Positions 39,436-48,979 of a stretch of 64,000 nucleotides of DNA are shown piece by piece. Numbering within the stretch: position 1 is the first letter of the stretch; each line of letters starts with the position of its first letter. Both the position numbers and the translations under genes were made by a program. The notes beneath the pieces are model-generated. The model saw only the letters and a list, made by a program, of their open reading frames with translations. It had not been told where the DNA came from and ran no database searches. Source of the stretch: a virus; the IMG/VR virus record IMGVR_UViG_3300047564_006544, positions 16,005-80,004 of that record; one strand, given 5' to 3'.

Positions 39436-39461
39436 AAAGGCCCCTACTAAGAGGGGCCTTT
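39436..39461 (-). terminator. Intrinsic terminator
   Basis: AAAGGCCCCT-6nt-AGGGGCCTTT with T tract. Confidence 0.8.
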
Positions 39462-39474
39462 ATTAGCAGATCTT

Positions 39475-39735
39475 TTACAGCTCAACCATCATCGCTACCA
39501 ACTTAAGTAGATCGTCCATGCTTTCGATCTTCATTTTCTTTGGTGGCTTCTCGTATCCTAGTCGGATATTCTGAATCTCTGGGATAGAAATAAGATTCTT
39601 TACTGCTGATTCACGAACACCTTGAATTGCCCCCTCAAAAGAAAAGAGGAATAGATCTCGTGATTCATCTGGAATCTTGAAGTTCACAAAATAGTTTGTG
39701 TGAAGTGGAGAGTTTAGGTAAAGAAAATCAGACAT
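39475..39735 (-). CDS. Hypothetical protein
   Basis: 86 aa, AGGAGG SD. Confidence 0.7.
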   Translation of the reverse strand: MSDFLYLNSPLHTNYFVNFKIPDESRDLFLFSFEGAIQGVRESAVKNLISIPEIQNIRLGYEKPPKKMKIESMDDLLKLVAMMVEL

Positions 39736-40612
39736 TAGCCGCCTCCTGCATACGATTTACGACTACCTCTCTAACCGATTGATCTTGACAAACTGCCATA
39801 AATGGCAGATATTCCTTTGGAACAGTCCTTGCGAGATATAGAGCAGAATTATGATGCTTTGTGTCCATTACCTGACTAAGAACCTCTGCTGCATTTTTAA
39901 ACTTTGTGATGTTATCTGCAATTGCCTTGACGCCCATTTCAGATGCCTCTTCCGAAGAATCTGACCGAACCTTTCTTGCAGCCTTCTTTGTTAGGCAACC
40001 TACTGAAGCAAGAGCAGAAAAGATTTCACCACGAAGAGTGTGTGATACGCGAGATCCAAACTCGGTATCTTCTACTGCTTCAATCATACTAGCAGTAGAC
40101 CTTCTTGCGATTGCTGGTAGCAGAGCAATATCAAAGAAATTCTTATATGATGCTTTATTTCTGCTATACCGAATCTTAAAAAGACGATCTGGGTCAGACT
40201 TTCCTGCTATAAATCCTGACTCAATAAGGCCAATATATTCTGGAGGAGGCTTTTGCCAATAAGAATTATATGCTCCTTCGGAAACCATCCTGTCTAGGCG
40301 GCTTCCATTGTCTTGAATCCATTTGGCAAAGTTAGGATCTTCATTTAAATTTAGATTGTTGTGAATTGCATAGGAAAAAAGAAAAGATATTGCCTCTCCC
40401 CAAACATCACGATTCAGTGGAACAAAATCTGGATTAAACACTATTTCTCCTGCTGCGCCAGAAGTAATAATGCTTTTAATCATATCTTCAGTGATAAGAT
40501 TGCGGTATCCGCTCCTCTTTCGACTAAAGATTTCATAGACAGCATCTAGCAAAAGCTGATTTGCCTTTGCCTTTCCCCATCCATCAGATGTTACTTCAAG
40601 AAGATTAACCAT
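39728..40612 (-). CDS. Helical (HEAT-like) protein
   Basis: C-terminus resembles that of 35024-35752; start moved to ATG 40612 for operon coupling. Confidence 0.6.
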   Translation of the reverse strand: MVNLLEVTSDGWGKAKANQLLLDAVYEIFSRKRSGYRNLITEDMIKSIITSGAAGEIVFNPDFVPLNRDVWGEAISFLFSYAIHNNLNLNEDPNFAKWIQDNGSRLDRMVSEGAYNSYWQKPPPEYIGLIESGFIAGKSDPDRLFKIRYSRNKASYKNFFDIALLPAIARRSTASMIEAVEDTEFGSRVSHTLRGEIFSALASVGCLTKKAARKVRSDSSEEASEMGVKAIADNITKFKNAAEVLSQVMDTKHHNSALYLARTVPKEYLPFMAVCQDQSVREVVVNRMQEAANV

Positions 40613-40838
40613 TTTTGTTTGACTCTCCACCAGACTTGATCCAAGAAATAAGCTCATCTTGGTGATTGTTGATAATTTGAAGCTTTGTCTGATCTGAAAA
40701 GCTCGTCCAAAAGTCTGCCAAATCCTTTAGAGGAAGAGAGCAGAATCCTTTTAGAACACCATTGTCACGGTGAGGAGACTGAGCAAGACCATTGATTGCA
40801 ACTGTAATTAGCTGGTTAAAGATCTCTTCTTTTGTCAT
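40605..40838 (-). CDS. Hypothetical protein
   Basis: 77 aa, AGGAG SD, first gene after class B motif. Confidence 0.7.
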   Translation of the reverse strand: MTKEEIFNQLITVAINGLAQSPHRDNGVLKGFCSLPLKDLADFWTSFSDQTKLQIINNHQDELISWIKSGGESNKNG

Positions 40839-40883
40839 TATACACTCCTGCTATAAAGCGCAGGGGATACCTGCGCTAATTCC

Positions 40884-40915
40884 ATACCATAGGTCGGTGC
40901 TGTTTTTAGATTTTT
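40884..40915 (-). promoter_or_regulatory. Class B promoter/operator, copy 2
   Basis: AAAAATCTAAAAAcaGCACCgacCTATGgTAT, followed by 8-bp leader hairpin 40857-40877. Confidence 0.65.
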
Positions 40916-40916
40916 T

Positions 40917-42536
40917 TTATTCTTGGATTAGGTCGGAAAGATCCTGGTAAACACAAACTTCTGTTGTCAGGAGAGTACCTGCAGCTGATACGGCATTTTC
41001 TACGCCCTTTCTAACTACCTTTACAGGATCAATGATGCCTCTTTCCATCATATCTTCTACAAACTCTCCTCTTAGAGCGTCAAATCCAACAAACCCTCCG
41101 GTTGAAATTATCTTTTCTTGTGGGCCATGATAATCAAATCCTGCATTACGCATAATCTGAATAAATGGCTCCCTAAGAGCAGTACGAAGAATATTTAGAC
41201 CCGCAACTTCTTCTGGAAGAAGCTTTCCTGCTGGCTGAGCATTGATATAATCTCCAACAACTCTTGATGCCTGAAGAAGAGCTGAGCCTCCACCTGGAAC
41301 AATTCCCATTTCAATTGCTGCACGAACTGCATTTAGAGAGTCTTCAACTCGATCCTTTCGCTCTCTCATTTCTCCTTCGGTAGAACCACCAACACGGAAT
41401 ACTGCTGCTCCACCAGCCAGCTTTGAAAGTCTGTCTTTTAGAGACGCCTTTTGGTGATCAAAGATTGTTGAATCTCCCATTTGAGACTTAATCATTCTAA
41501 CTCTCATATCAACAGATTCTTTTCCACCAGCACCATCCACAATTAGAGTTGTATTTCTTGTGCAGAGGATTCTTCTTGCTCTACCAAGATCCTCTAACTC
41601 TGCATCGCGTAGTGCTCTTCCGTTAGAATTGTCAAATACTTTTCCGCCAACAACTGCTGCAATATCTTCTAGCATATCGCGTCTAACGTCACCAAATCCT
41701 GGTGCTTTTATTGCACAACAAAGAAGATTTGCTTTCTGTCTATTTAGAACGAGAGTTGCAAGAGCTTCACCTTCAACATCACGAGCAATAATAAATAGTG
41801 GCTTACCTGCTCCATGTGCCTTCTGGATAATCTCTAGAAACTCTGATGATGATGAAATTTTATCATCATAAAGTACAATATAAGCTCCCTCAAATTCGCA
41901 AGATAGCTTTTCAACATTTGTAACAAATGCTGGAGATAGCCAGCCCTTTGCAACCTGAAGTCCCTCTGTATAAGATACTTGAGTTTGACCTCCTGTAGAT
42001 TCTTCTAGGGAAATTACACCATCCTCACCAACATTAGATACAACCTCACCAATCATTGAACCCAATTCTGAGTCATTGTTTGTTGAGATTGTGGCAACAT
42101 GCTTTAGTGTTTCTTCCGAATCAATACTGCGAGATAGCGATGATAGGAATGTTGTAACCTGAGAAAGACCAATATCTAAGCCTCTTTTTAGAAGGACTGG
42201 ATTGTGTCCTGCTGCAACCATCTTAAGACCATCATTAAAAATTGCCTGAGATAGAACGGTTGCAGTGGTTGTTCCGTCACCAGCCATAGAATTTGTTGCA
42301 GAAGCAGCAGTCTTAATAAGTTGCGCTCCAATATTTTGGAGAGGATCTTTTAGCTCAATTGCTCTTGCGACGGATACTCCATCTTTTGTAATTACTGGAG
42401 GACCATAGCCTCTCTCTAATGCTGCATGGCGACCTCTTGGACCAAGAGTGCATTTTACTGCATCTGCCACAATATTTACGCCTTTCTGAATTTCTGCTCT
42501 TGCCTCAGAACCAAACTTAACTTCTTTTGCTGACAT
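40917..42536 (-). CDS. groEL: Chaperonin GroEL
   Basis: [43 protein letters not shown]; no GGM tail. Confidence 0.97.
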   Translation of the reverse strand: MSAKEVKFGSEARAEIQKGVNIVADAVKCTLGPRGRHAALERGYGPPVITKDGVSVARAIELKDPLQNIGAQLIKTAASATNSMAGDGTTTATVLSQAIFNDGLKMVAAGHNPVLLKRGLDIGLSQVTTFLSSLSRSIDSEETLKHVATISTNNDSELGSMIGEVVSNVGEDGVISLEESTGGQTQVSYTEGLQVAKGWLSPAFVTNVEKLSCEFEGAYIVLYDDKISSSSEFLEIIQKAHGAGKPLFIIARDVEGEALATLVLNRQKANLLCCAIKAPGFGDVRRDMLEDIAAVVGGKVFDNSNGRALRDAELEDLGRARRILCTRNTTLIVDGAGGKESVDMRVRMIKSQMGDSTIFDHQKASLKDRLSKLAGGAAVFRVGGSTEGEMRERKDRVEDSLNAVRAAIEMGIVPGGGSALLQASRVVGDYINAQPAGKLLPEEVAGLNILRTALREPFIQIMRNAGFDYHGPQEKIISTGGFVGFDALRGEFVEDMMERGIIDPVKVVRKGVENAVSAAGTLLTTEVCVYQDLSDLIQE

Positions 42537-42545
42537 ACTTACCTC

Positions 42546-43172
42546 TTAGGTATAAATATTACTATAAGATGCGCCAATTTTTTGCATTAAATTTTGATTG
42601 TTATTCAATGCAATTGAAAGAGGGTCGGAACCTGCGAATGGGTCGCAAACCACCTCCATTTCTTTGAGCTGTTGCTCCATGATTGTCTCCCATATTTTGG
42701 GTGGTTTTGCAGACAATCCAGCTGGCTTTTTCTCATGAAAAATGTTTGGCATACCTGTAACGTATTTCTTTGTTGCACCCTTTGTGCAATAGACAATATA
42801 TTCAACTTGATTACGCCAATGGTATCCCATAGTCATATTGACCTTATCCCAAACAATTATATTTCGGAATGTCCATCCTGCTTTTTCCAGAGAATCTTTT
42901 GTTGGAAATAAACCGTCACGATTGGCAAAAACATAGCAGCCAGCTCCAGAGTTTGAGATCTGAAACATTTCATTATAAGATGACTCTAGATCTTTGTATG
43001 TTAGCCTAACATACATCTCATCTTTGCCATCTTCAAATTTCATTCTTCCTGTTCCATTTTGGTTTTCAAATGGATAAGGAGGATCTGTAATCCAAAGATC
43101 AACTTTAGAGGTTGCTTTTAGGTGATTAAAAAAATCTTTAATTTCTAGCTTTGTTATATTTATTTTTGACAT
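42546..43172 (-). CDS. N6-A/N4-C DNA methyltransferase (beta class), short/atypical
   Basis: TDPPY, IIVWDK, KP, DPFAGS. Confidence 0.78.
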   Translation of the reverse strand: MSKINITKLEIKDFFNHLKATSKVDLWITDPPYPFENQNGTGRMKFEDGKDEMYVRLTYKDLESSYNEMFQISNSGAGCYVFANRDGLFPTKDSLEKAGWTFRNIIVWDKVNMTMGYHWRNQVEYIVYCTKGATKKYVTGMPNIFHEKKPAGLSAKPPKIWETIMEQQLKEMEVVCDPFAGSDPLSIALNNNQNLMQKIGASYSNIYT

Positions 43173-43180
43173 TTTAAATC

Positions 43181-44215
43181 CTAAAAAACAATATCATCAA
43201 ATGCTTTATCTAGTTCTGACTTCTTGTCGGAATCAACCAACTTTTTCTCTATAATACTCTTTACCGGAAATAAATCAGAATCTCCAATAAAAAGTGCATG
43301 AGAAATATCCCAATGAGACATCTTCTGCATTTCTGCAAAATATGTTGCCAACCTCTTAATCATACTGTTGGTACTCTCTTTTGTTACCACTTCCTGCTCA
43401 TAGTTATCGCTGGTGGTAATTTTAACTTTTACACCGGCAGTAACGCCTCCCCACTGTGAAATAGCACCAAGCTTCTTGCACTCCTGCCAATAAGTGTTAG
43501 AATCAGACATTACTTCTAGAGTTCTCTGGTATAGCTCTCTTGAAAACTCGAAACCTGTTTTTTCATAATATTTAAAATGTCTTAGAGCCTGAAATACTTT
43601 TGATGCAAGACTCTTTCTCATCAGGCCTTGGTTATTTATTGTAAGCTGCTTTTTATTCATTGAGTCCATAAATGATGAATGAATAATAAATTCACCATTA
43701 TAAATTGCAACAGAACAAACGCCAAGATCAAAAGAGGATAAGAGTGATTCTACAGAATCTTGCTTTCTAACAATACACTGAATTGGCTTTAGCTTTACTT
43801 TTCTTTTTGAACTAGAAAACATAAATGTATTTGCCCAATCAGAGGTTCTATCTATCGAAATAGATTCTCTATTTGATAATGAAATATTTTTATATGAAAT
43901 TGACAATAAGCTGTTGTTATATGAAATTTTATCTTTTAATTCTTTTGAAAATAGAATATCTATTCCAGAATCATTGCAATCATTTGTTATCCATAGATCA
44001 ACATCAGAAAATGGAACTAATGGATTTTGAAACATATTCTTTGAGATTAAAGAGCTAGCCAAACTATCAGATAGACTCTGCATCATTTCATTTACAATGA
44101 ATGCGTTTAAAGCAAATCCACCAGCAATAATAATATCTTTATTATTTGCAAGATCTTCGGGAAGATATGTTTTAATTAAATCTACTACTAATTTTGCATC
44201 TTTTTTGATAAACAT
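43181..44215 (-). CDS. Nucleotidyltransferase (polyA polymerase/CCA-enzyme head-like)
   Basis: IAGGF...SDVDLW...SFDLGVCSVAI...R..KY..GF. Confidence 0.65.
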   Translation of the reverse strand: MFIKKDAKLVVDLIKTYLPEDLANNKDIIIAGGFALNAFIVNEMMQSLSDSLASSLISKNMFQNPLVPFSDVDLWITNDCNDSGIDILFSKELKDKISYNNSLLSISYKNISLSNRESISIDRTSDWANTFMFSSSKRKVKLKPIQCIVRKQDSVESLLSSFDLGVCSVAIYNGEFIIHSSFMDSMNKKQLTINNQGLMRKSLASKVFQALRHFKYYEKTGFEFSRELYQRTLEVMSDSNTYWQECKKLGAISQWGGVTAGVKVKITTSDNYEQEVVTKESTNSMIKRLATYFAEMQKMSHWDISHALFIGDSDLFPVKSIIEKKLVDSDKKSELDKAFDDIVF

Positions 44216-44233
44216 TATTGCTCCGAGGTTATA

Positions 44234-45487
44234 ATGAGAAGCTTAGGTAAGATTAGAAGATTATTAAAAATTGCACAAGAAGGTAGTGTAGAAGTCTGGC
44301 AACAAGTAAAGGCAGAAGCCGAAAGTGAAGAGCTTCCGCCAGAGTTAGACGTAGCTTCTATTCAAGAGTCTGCAAAGGTTGCAGAGGATTTGGGCGAAAA
44401 AGCTGAGGCTGCAAAAAAATCTGCAGAATCTCTTTCTGATGAAGAAAAGAGCACTCTAAAAGAAGCATCTTCTGAACCTGGATTTTTAGAAAAAGTAATG
44501 TCATCCGGTAACATTGAGGCATCTGCATCGTTCGTTATTGATACGCTATTCGTGAAAGCAGCTTCTAAAAAAATAGGAAGAAAAAGAGCTACCGCAATTA
44601 TACGCGACATAAATATATATTCCTCTTTGCATGGTAGCAATTTAAAAATTGCATCAAGAAATTCTATTGAGCTTGCTCTTATTAGAAAAAAAGAAGCATT
44701 TGATAAAATGCTTTCAGATGAAAATTTCTTAAAAAATGCATCCCCAGAGTATTTGATGATAAAAAAGAGCGATTTTATGTCTGGACTAAAGGGATTGGCA
44801 GAAGGTATTTCTGGTGCTGCCGGATCAATAGGAAGGGGAATAAAAACAGTGCTCTCTGGAGTATGGGGATTTATATGGAAAGTATTTCCTATAATTACTC
44901 TTTTTTACTCAATTAAAGATGGATATAATTCTTACTCTATGGTTCAAGAGTCTCTTAAAAAAATAGTGTCTAATTTTTCAGATCTTGGAAGCGAAGAGTC
45001 TCTGCTCGATCCAAAGCATATTTCTGGGCTTATTGAAGAATTTAAAAATATTCCAGAAACACTGCTTAGAGTGACAAGGCTAAACAAAATTGCAATGTTT
45101 TATAAAAAGCACTGGTACAACATTTGGTTTTCTGTTGCTTCAGCAGTAGAAGATATAATCTCAATAGTATTACTATTCTTTACTGGCGGAATGTCTGCTG
45201 TAGTAGCAAGAGTAGCAGGAATAGTCGGAACTATATTGGGACTTGGCTCGCTATTTGGATATTTGGCAACTTCATTTTTTGATCTTGGAGTCGGAGATTA
45301 CGTTGCAAATAGCAAGGCAATATCCGGTATAGCCGGAGAGCACATATCTGAAGTTGATGCTGGTGTTGCGCCAGAGTCAGAAGAAGGAGCCGCTCCTGCT
45401 GACAGCGGCAACGAAGAAGCACTAAGAACATTTAGACTTCTACAGGATTCTATGTCCGCAGGAAAGGCAGTGCAATCAGTAGGGTAA
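44234..45487 (+). CDS. Membrane-inserting hypothetical protein with multiple K-x-[AS] motifs
   Basis: LKIAQ, VKAAS, LKIAS, KKEAF, LKNAS; long hydrophobic hairpin in the C-terminal part. Confidence 0.75.
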   Translation: MRSLGKIRRLLKIAQEGSVEVWQQVKAEAESEELPPELDVASIQESAKVAEDLGEKAEAAKKSAESLSDEEKSTLKEASSEPGFLEKVMSSGNIEASASFVIDTLFVKAASKKIGRKRATAIIRDINIYSSLHGSNLKIASRNSIELALIRKKEAFDKMLSDENFLKNASPEYLMIKKSDFMSGLKGLAEGISGAAGSIGRGIKTVLSGVWGFIWKVFPIITLFYSIKDGYNSYSMVQESLKKIVSNFSDLGSEESLLDPKHISGLIEEFKNIPETLLRVTRLNKIAMFYKKHWYNIWFSVASAVEDIISIVLLFFTGGMSAVVARVAGIVGTILGLGSLFGYLATSFFDLGVGDYVANSKAISGIAGEHISEVDAGVAPESEEGAAPADSGNEEALRTFRLLQDSMSAGKAVQSVG

Positions 45488-45503
45488 AATAAACAACAAG
45501 ATA

Positions 45504-45911
45504 CTAAGAGATTTTTTCATCAATAATAAAAAATTCTTTATCTGCCCAAGAAAATTTAACCCTATTTACCAATAGATTTGCCATATCTTTTACAAAAGAA
45601 AGATTAAGCTTTAAATCTTTTATCTCGCTATCCAGATCTTCAATCTTTTTTAGAAAATCTAAAGGGCTACTTTCTGCAACAATAGAAAAATAATTTACAT
45701 AGTCTTCCATTGTTGCGATTGTTACATCTCCCTTTGCCTTCTTTATTGGCTTACAGATTATAAGATCTTTTCCTGATGGAAGCTCGTTACGCTCCTCCCA
45801 TCCAACGAGAATCTTTCCGTCTTTTTCTGGCGGGAGCTGACGGTAGCCAAGAATTTTATCTACCTTGTAGGTTTTTAGAATCTTAGGTAATGTTGCCAAC
45901 TTTTCCTCCAA
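45504..45911 (-). CDS. Hypothetical protein
   Basis: 135-aa ORF; start uncertain. Confidence 0.55.
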   Translation of the reverse strand: MEEKLATLPKILKTYKVDKILGYRQLPPEKDGKILVGWEERNELPSGKDLIICKPIKKAKGDVTIATMEDYVNYFSIVAESSPLDFLKKIEDLDSEIKDLKLNLSFVKDMANLLVNRVKFSWADKEFFIIDEKIS

Positions 45912-46551
45912 TCTTCTTTATGGTAGCTGCATTACCGTGAACCTCAAACATTACAGTCTTTTCTGCCGTCTTATTATCAACGCGACAAAGAGTGCAGTCG
46001 TTACAGGTAATGTCCTTCTTTCCTTCTACGCCATGACGAGCGGGGCACATAAATGCCTTCTCACCATTTGGCAAGGAAAGTGACTTCTGTGTTCCCTTTG
46101 GTACGATTAGTGTTGCAGACCAGCCCATAGAGCGTGCCTCCATCACTTCATCAAGGTTTGCACAGGAAGCCCTAAAATAGCCCTTTAGAGGCTGGGCTTC
46201 ATCTGCTCGCCAATTATGAGTGTAGCCAATATTGATAAGCCCTTCGCTCTCAACGAGCTTACACTCATTAAGTGTTTCTTTTACATCGCCAACAATATCT
46301 CCGGCAATTCTATGCCGAACAATTCTTGCCGTATGTAGTCGCTCTCCTAGAGCATCCGTGATAGACTTAAGCTTAATTGTTCCCTTGTCAATCTTTGATG
46401 AAAGAACGCCAAGGTAAAACAATCCCCAAGCATAACACCCGCCTTCTTTTAGTGAGCAGGAGTCTGGGCAGCTTTCCTTTGTAGAATAGGATGCAACAAC
46501 CTTTCCTGTCTTTTTGTCATTAGAAGAAGAAACCCAATGAACCTTTCGCAT
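45883..46551 (-). CDS. Cys-rich phage protein (Gp88/DUF7227-like, putative Fe-S)
   Basis: SCPDSC...GCYA, RHRIAGD, YTH.W, CPA...TCNDCTLC. Confidence 0.6.
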   Translation of the reverse strand: MRKVHWVSSSNDKKTGKVVASYSTKESCPDSCSLKEGGCYAWGLFYLGVLSSKIDKGTIKLKSITDALGERLHTARIVRHRIAGDIVGDVKETLNECKLVESEGLINIGYTHNWRADEAQPLKGYFRASCANLDEVMEARSMGWSATLIVPKGTQKSLSLPNGEKAFMCPARHGVEGKKDITCNDCTLCRVDNKTAEKTVMFEVHGNAATIKKIGGKVGNIT

Positions 46552-46591
46552 TTGTCTACCACGGAAAATGAAAAAGAATTACTTTTTCTAG

Positions 46592-47176
46592 TTAAATGTT
46601 TTTTGAGTTTTCTAAATAAAATATTGCAGACTTTAATATCTCTACGTTTTCTTTTAAGAGACCTATGCCTGTATTACATTGGCTGCAAAGAAGTCCTCTT
46701 ATTTTTAGGGTATTGTGATCGTGATCTACATGAAGAGAATGGCCTAAATTATCCTGAGATATTCCACATATTTTGCAGCACCATCCCTGAGAATCTCCAA
46801 TCTCTTTGAATTTCTCTAGGGTCAAATCTATACCAAGCTTTTTCCAAGTATGAGGCCTAAATTTTCCCTTAGATCTCATTTCCCTTCCATACCTTATTTT
46901 ATGCTGCCTTCTTCTTTCTGCCTCTTCTGGCGGCAAAGATTTTAAATATTCTTTTCTTTTTTCTAAGATTTTTTCTTTTCTTCTTAAATATCTTTTTTTG
47001 CTTTGCTCCGCAAGCTTTTCTCTATTCTCTTCATAATATTTTTTAAGATATTCTTTTCTTTTTTCTACGTATTTTGGCGCATTTTTCTTATCACGTTCTT
47101 TTTTTGCTTCTTTATTTTTTTGATAATATTCTCTGCAATATTGTTTTCTTTTTTCTTTCTTTTCTTCATCTAGCAT
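46592..47176 (-). mobile_element. Free-standing endonuclease VII-domain homing endonuclease
   Basis: CKICG..LHVDHDH..IRGLLCSQCNTGIG; K/R/E/Y-rich N-terminal repeats; ATG 47176 with GGAGG. Confidence 0.85.
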
Positions 47177-47180
47177 AGAT

Positions 47181-47213
47181 GAACCTCCAGAATAATTTAT
47201 ACTCTGGAGGCTC
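47181..47213 (-). promoter_or_regulatory. RBS-sequestering hairpin with TATAAAT at the loop
   Basis: GAGCCTCCAGA-gtataaattat-TCTGGAGGTTC; GGAGG SD lies in the 3' arm. Confidence 0.7.
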
Positions 47214-47224
47214 ATATCTTTTAA

Positions 47225-47479
47225 TTAACTATCAAGGTGCTTTTGAAGAAAGGCGAGAAGTGACTTTGCCTCTCTTACAGTCATCTTGATTACAGACTCG
47301 CTACGAGAATCTGGAACAGTAATAGTAAGTCGATTTGAAAGCTTCTTCTTTCCTACGGAATCGCGTGAAAGTCGAACTCTAAATCCTGAAAAATCTCGAC
47401 TTACTACCTTCTCTCGATCTGCAAGTGCTGGAACTTTACTGCGTGAATTTGACTGCTGAGTAGTGGTATCGGTATTCAT
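47225..47479 (-). CDS. Hypothetical protein
   Basis: 84 aa, AAGGAG SD. Confidence 0.7.
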   Translation of the reverse strand: MNTDTTTQQSNSRSKVPALADREKVVSRDFSGFRVRLSRDSVGKKKLSNRLTITVPDSRSESVIKMTVREAKSLLAFLQKHLDS

Positions 47480-47488
47480 TTTTTCTCC

Positions 47489-47662
47489 TTAAAAAAGTTT
47501 CTTAATGCGAATATAGGATTTGCCTTCTTTCTTCATCTTTTCTAGAAGGTCTGCTGCGCTCTGTACGTCCTCTACCTCCTCTGTCTTTTTTACAGGGGTC
47601 TCTTCTGTAGTTGACTCAAATAACTTTGAGATATCTTTATCAGTATTTTTTGCTTTTGCCAT
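47489..47662 (-). CDS. Small hypothetical protein (57 aa, not in ORF track)
   Basis: MAKAKNTDKDISKLFES...; AAGGAG SD. Confidence 0.65.
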   Translation of the reverse strand: MAKAKNTDKDISKLFESTTEETPVKKTEEVEDVQSAADLLEKMKKEGKSYIRIKKLF

Positions 47663-47672
47663 TATAAACTCC

Positions 47673-47966
47673 TTAGTTATTTTCAGTAGTTGTCTTTGTG
47701 TTTCCTATCCAGCCACGATCTTCGCCTACAACTAGGACTTTCTTTTGTGGTTCACTTTTAGTTCCAAAGTTTCCACCAAAAAGCTGTTTTGCTAGTTTAT
47801 AGCGCAATTGGTCTGGATTTAGATTTTGAGTAGCAGCAATTCTTTCAACCGAAGATTGAAGAATCTCCTCTGCAATCATAAGACCATCGTATGGTGACAC
47901 TCTTTCTTCATTTAAGATGATAAAGATTTTTTTAATTATCTCTTCCATCTTTTTTTCATCAAGCAT
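47673..47966 (-). CDS. Hypothetical protein
   Basis: Start moved to ATG 47966 overlapping the upstream stop. Confidence 0.6.
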   Translation of the reverse strand: MLDEKKMEEIIKKIFIILNEERVSPYDGLMIAEEILQSSVERIAATQNLNPDQLRYKLAKQLFGGNFGTKSEPQKKVLVVGEDRGWIGNTKTTTENN

Positions 47967-48207
47967 TTCCAAGCCAACCTCGCTCTGAGTCTGAAAGAAA
48001 TACAACATCATTAATATTGCATACTCCGGTTCCAGAGCGGTGACGATAGAAGATCGTTCCACTCTTGTGGACCACTTCCTTTACTAGACCACGAATCTTT
48101 CCATCATCTGTCTGAACTAGGATTGCGTTTCCTACCTCAAAATCAGTAATGTGAAAACAACCAAACTCATCAAATCCTGCTGCAAAAGCTACGCTTGCGT
48201 TATCCAT
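47959..48207 (-). CDS. Small SH3-like hypothetical protein
   Basis: 82 aa; FEVGNAILVQ...GLVKEV. Confidence 0.55.
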   Translation of the reverse strand: MDNASVAFAAGFDEFGCFHITDFEVGNAILVQTDDGKIRGLVKEVVHKSGTIFYRHRSGTGVCNINDVVFLSDSERGWLGNA

Positions 48208-48333
48208 TTTTTAATCCCTTTTTAAAATCGCAAAATTAACTAAAATTAAAATTCTTAAAAGACAAAAGTAATTCGCTATCTACACGGTTTCTCCGGGGAA
48301 TGGGGTTCTTGTCGGTGGCTGCGCTCCTCCCGA

Positions 48334-48369
48334 CCCTATATTTATACCACGCTGGACTCTTACGGTCTA
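48334..48369 (-). promoter_or_regulatory. Sigma70-type promoter (class A)
   Basis: TAGACC-17nt(ending cGTGG)-TATAAAt-ATAGGG. Confidence 0.6.
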
Positions 48370-48407
48370 TAAAATCTTTTAACGTAAAGTTTTATTTTTT
48401 AGCGCGG

Positions 48408-48710
48408 CTACTCTTTAGAAAAGCTATCTGGACTATTTGGGTGATGCCCTAGCATATCAACAATTTTCCATCGAATATCTCTTACATTTATTTGTTTATC
48501 ATAAGAAAAATAATTATATGTTGATCTTATAATGTTTTTATTTAATCTTGCATCAGCAATTTCTCTTCCTATTTTCTTTGAAAATCGGTCTTTATCTGAG
48601 CAAAATGTGGCATCCCAAACAACTAGTCCATGAATATGGTCAATTCTGAATGCAATAGTGGCCGGAGAAGATCCGGCCCTATAGTGAAAGAAATAAGATT
48701 TGCTTAACAT
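48408..48710 (-). CDS. Hypothetical phage protein
   Basis: CSDKDRFSKKIGREIA..RL motif typical of small phage proteins. Confidence 0.7.
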   Translation of the reverse strand: MLSKSYFFHYRAGSSPATIAFRIDHIHGLVVWDATFCSDKDRFSKKIGREIADARLNKNIIRSTYNYFSYDKQINVRDIRWKIVDMLGHHPNSPDSFSKE

Positions 48711-48733
48711 TTTTTCCTCTTCAAAATATTTTA

Positions 48734-48952
48734 CTATTTTGAAAGATGATCGCCAATTCTATTATAAAGATCTTCTAGCTGCTCTTCTGTTAGGTCATCT
48801 ATTAGTGATTCAAAAACTTCATCTACCTGAATATCAGATTCTGAAAATCCATCTTCAAAATCTTCATCATCATAACCGTCTTCAAACTCATCATAAGATT
48901 CTTCGTCATCAGAAAAGAAGTCATTATCATCATCATCATCATAACTTGGCAT
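48734..48952 (-). CDS. Highly acidic small protein
   Basis: 32 of 72 residues D/E; AAGGAG SD. Confidence 0.7.
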   Translation of the reverse strand: MPSYDDDDDNDFFSDDEESYDEFEDGYDDEDFEDGFSESDIQVDEVFESLIDDLTEEQLEDLYNRIGDHLSK

Positions 48953-48979
48953 AAACTATCTCCTTGTAATTTATTTTAT

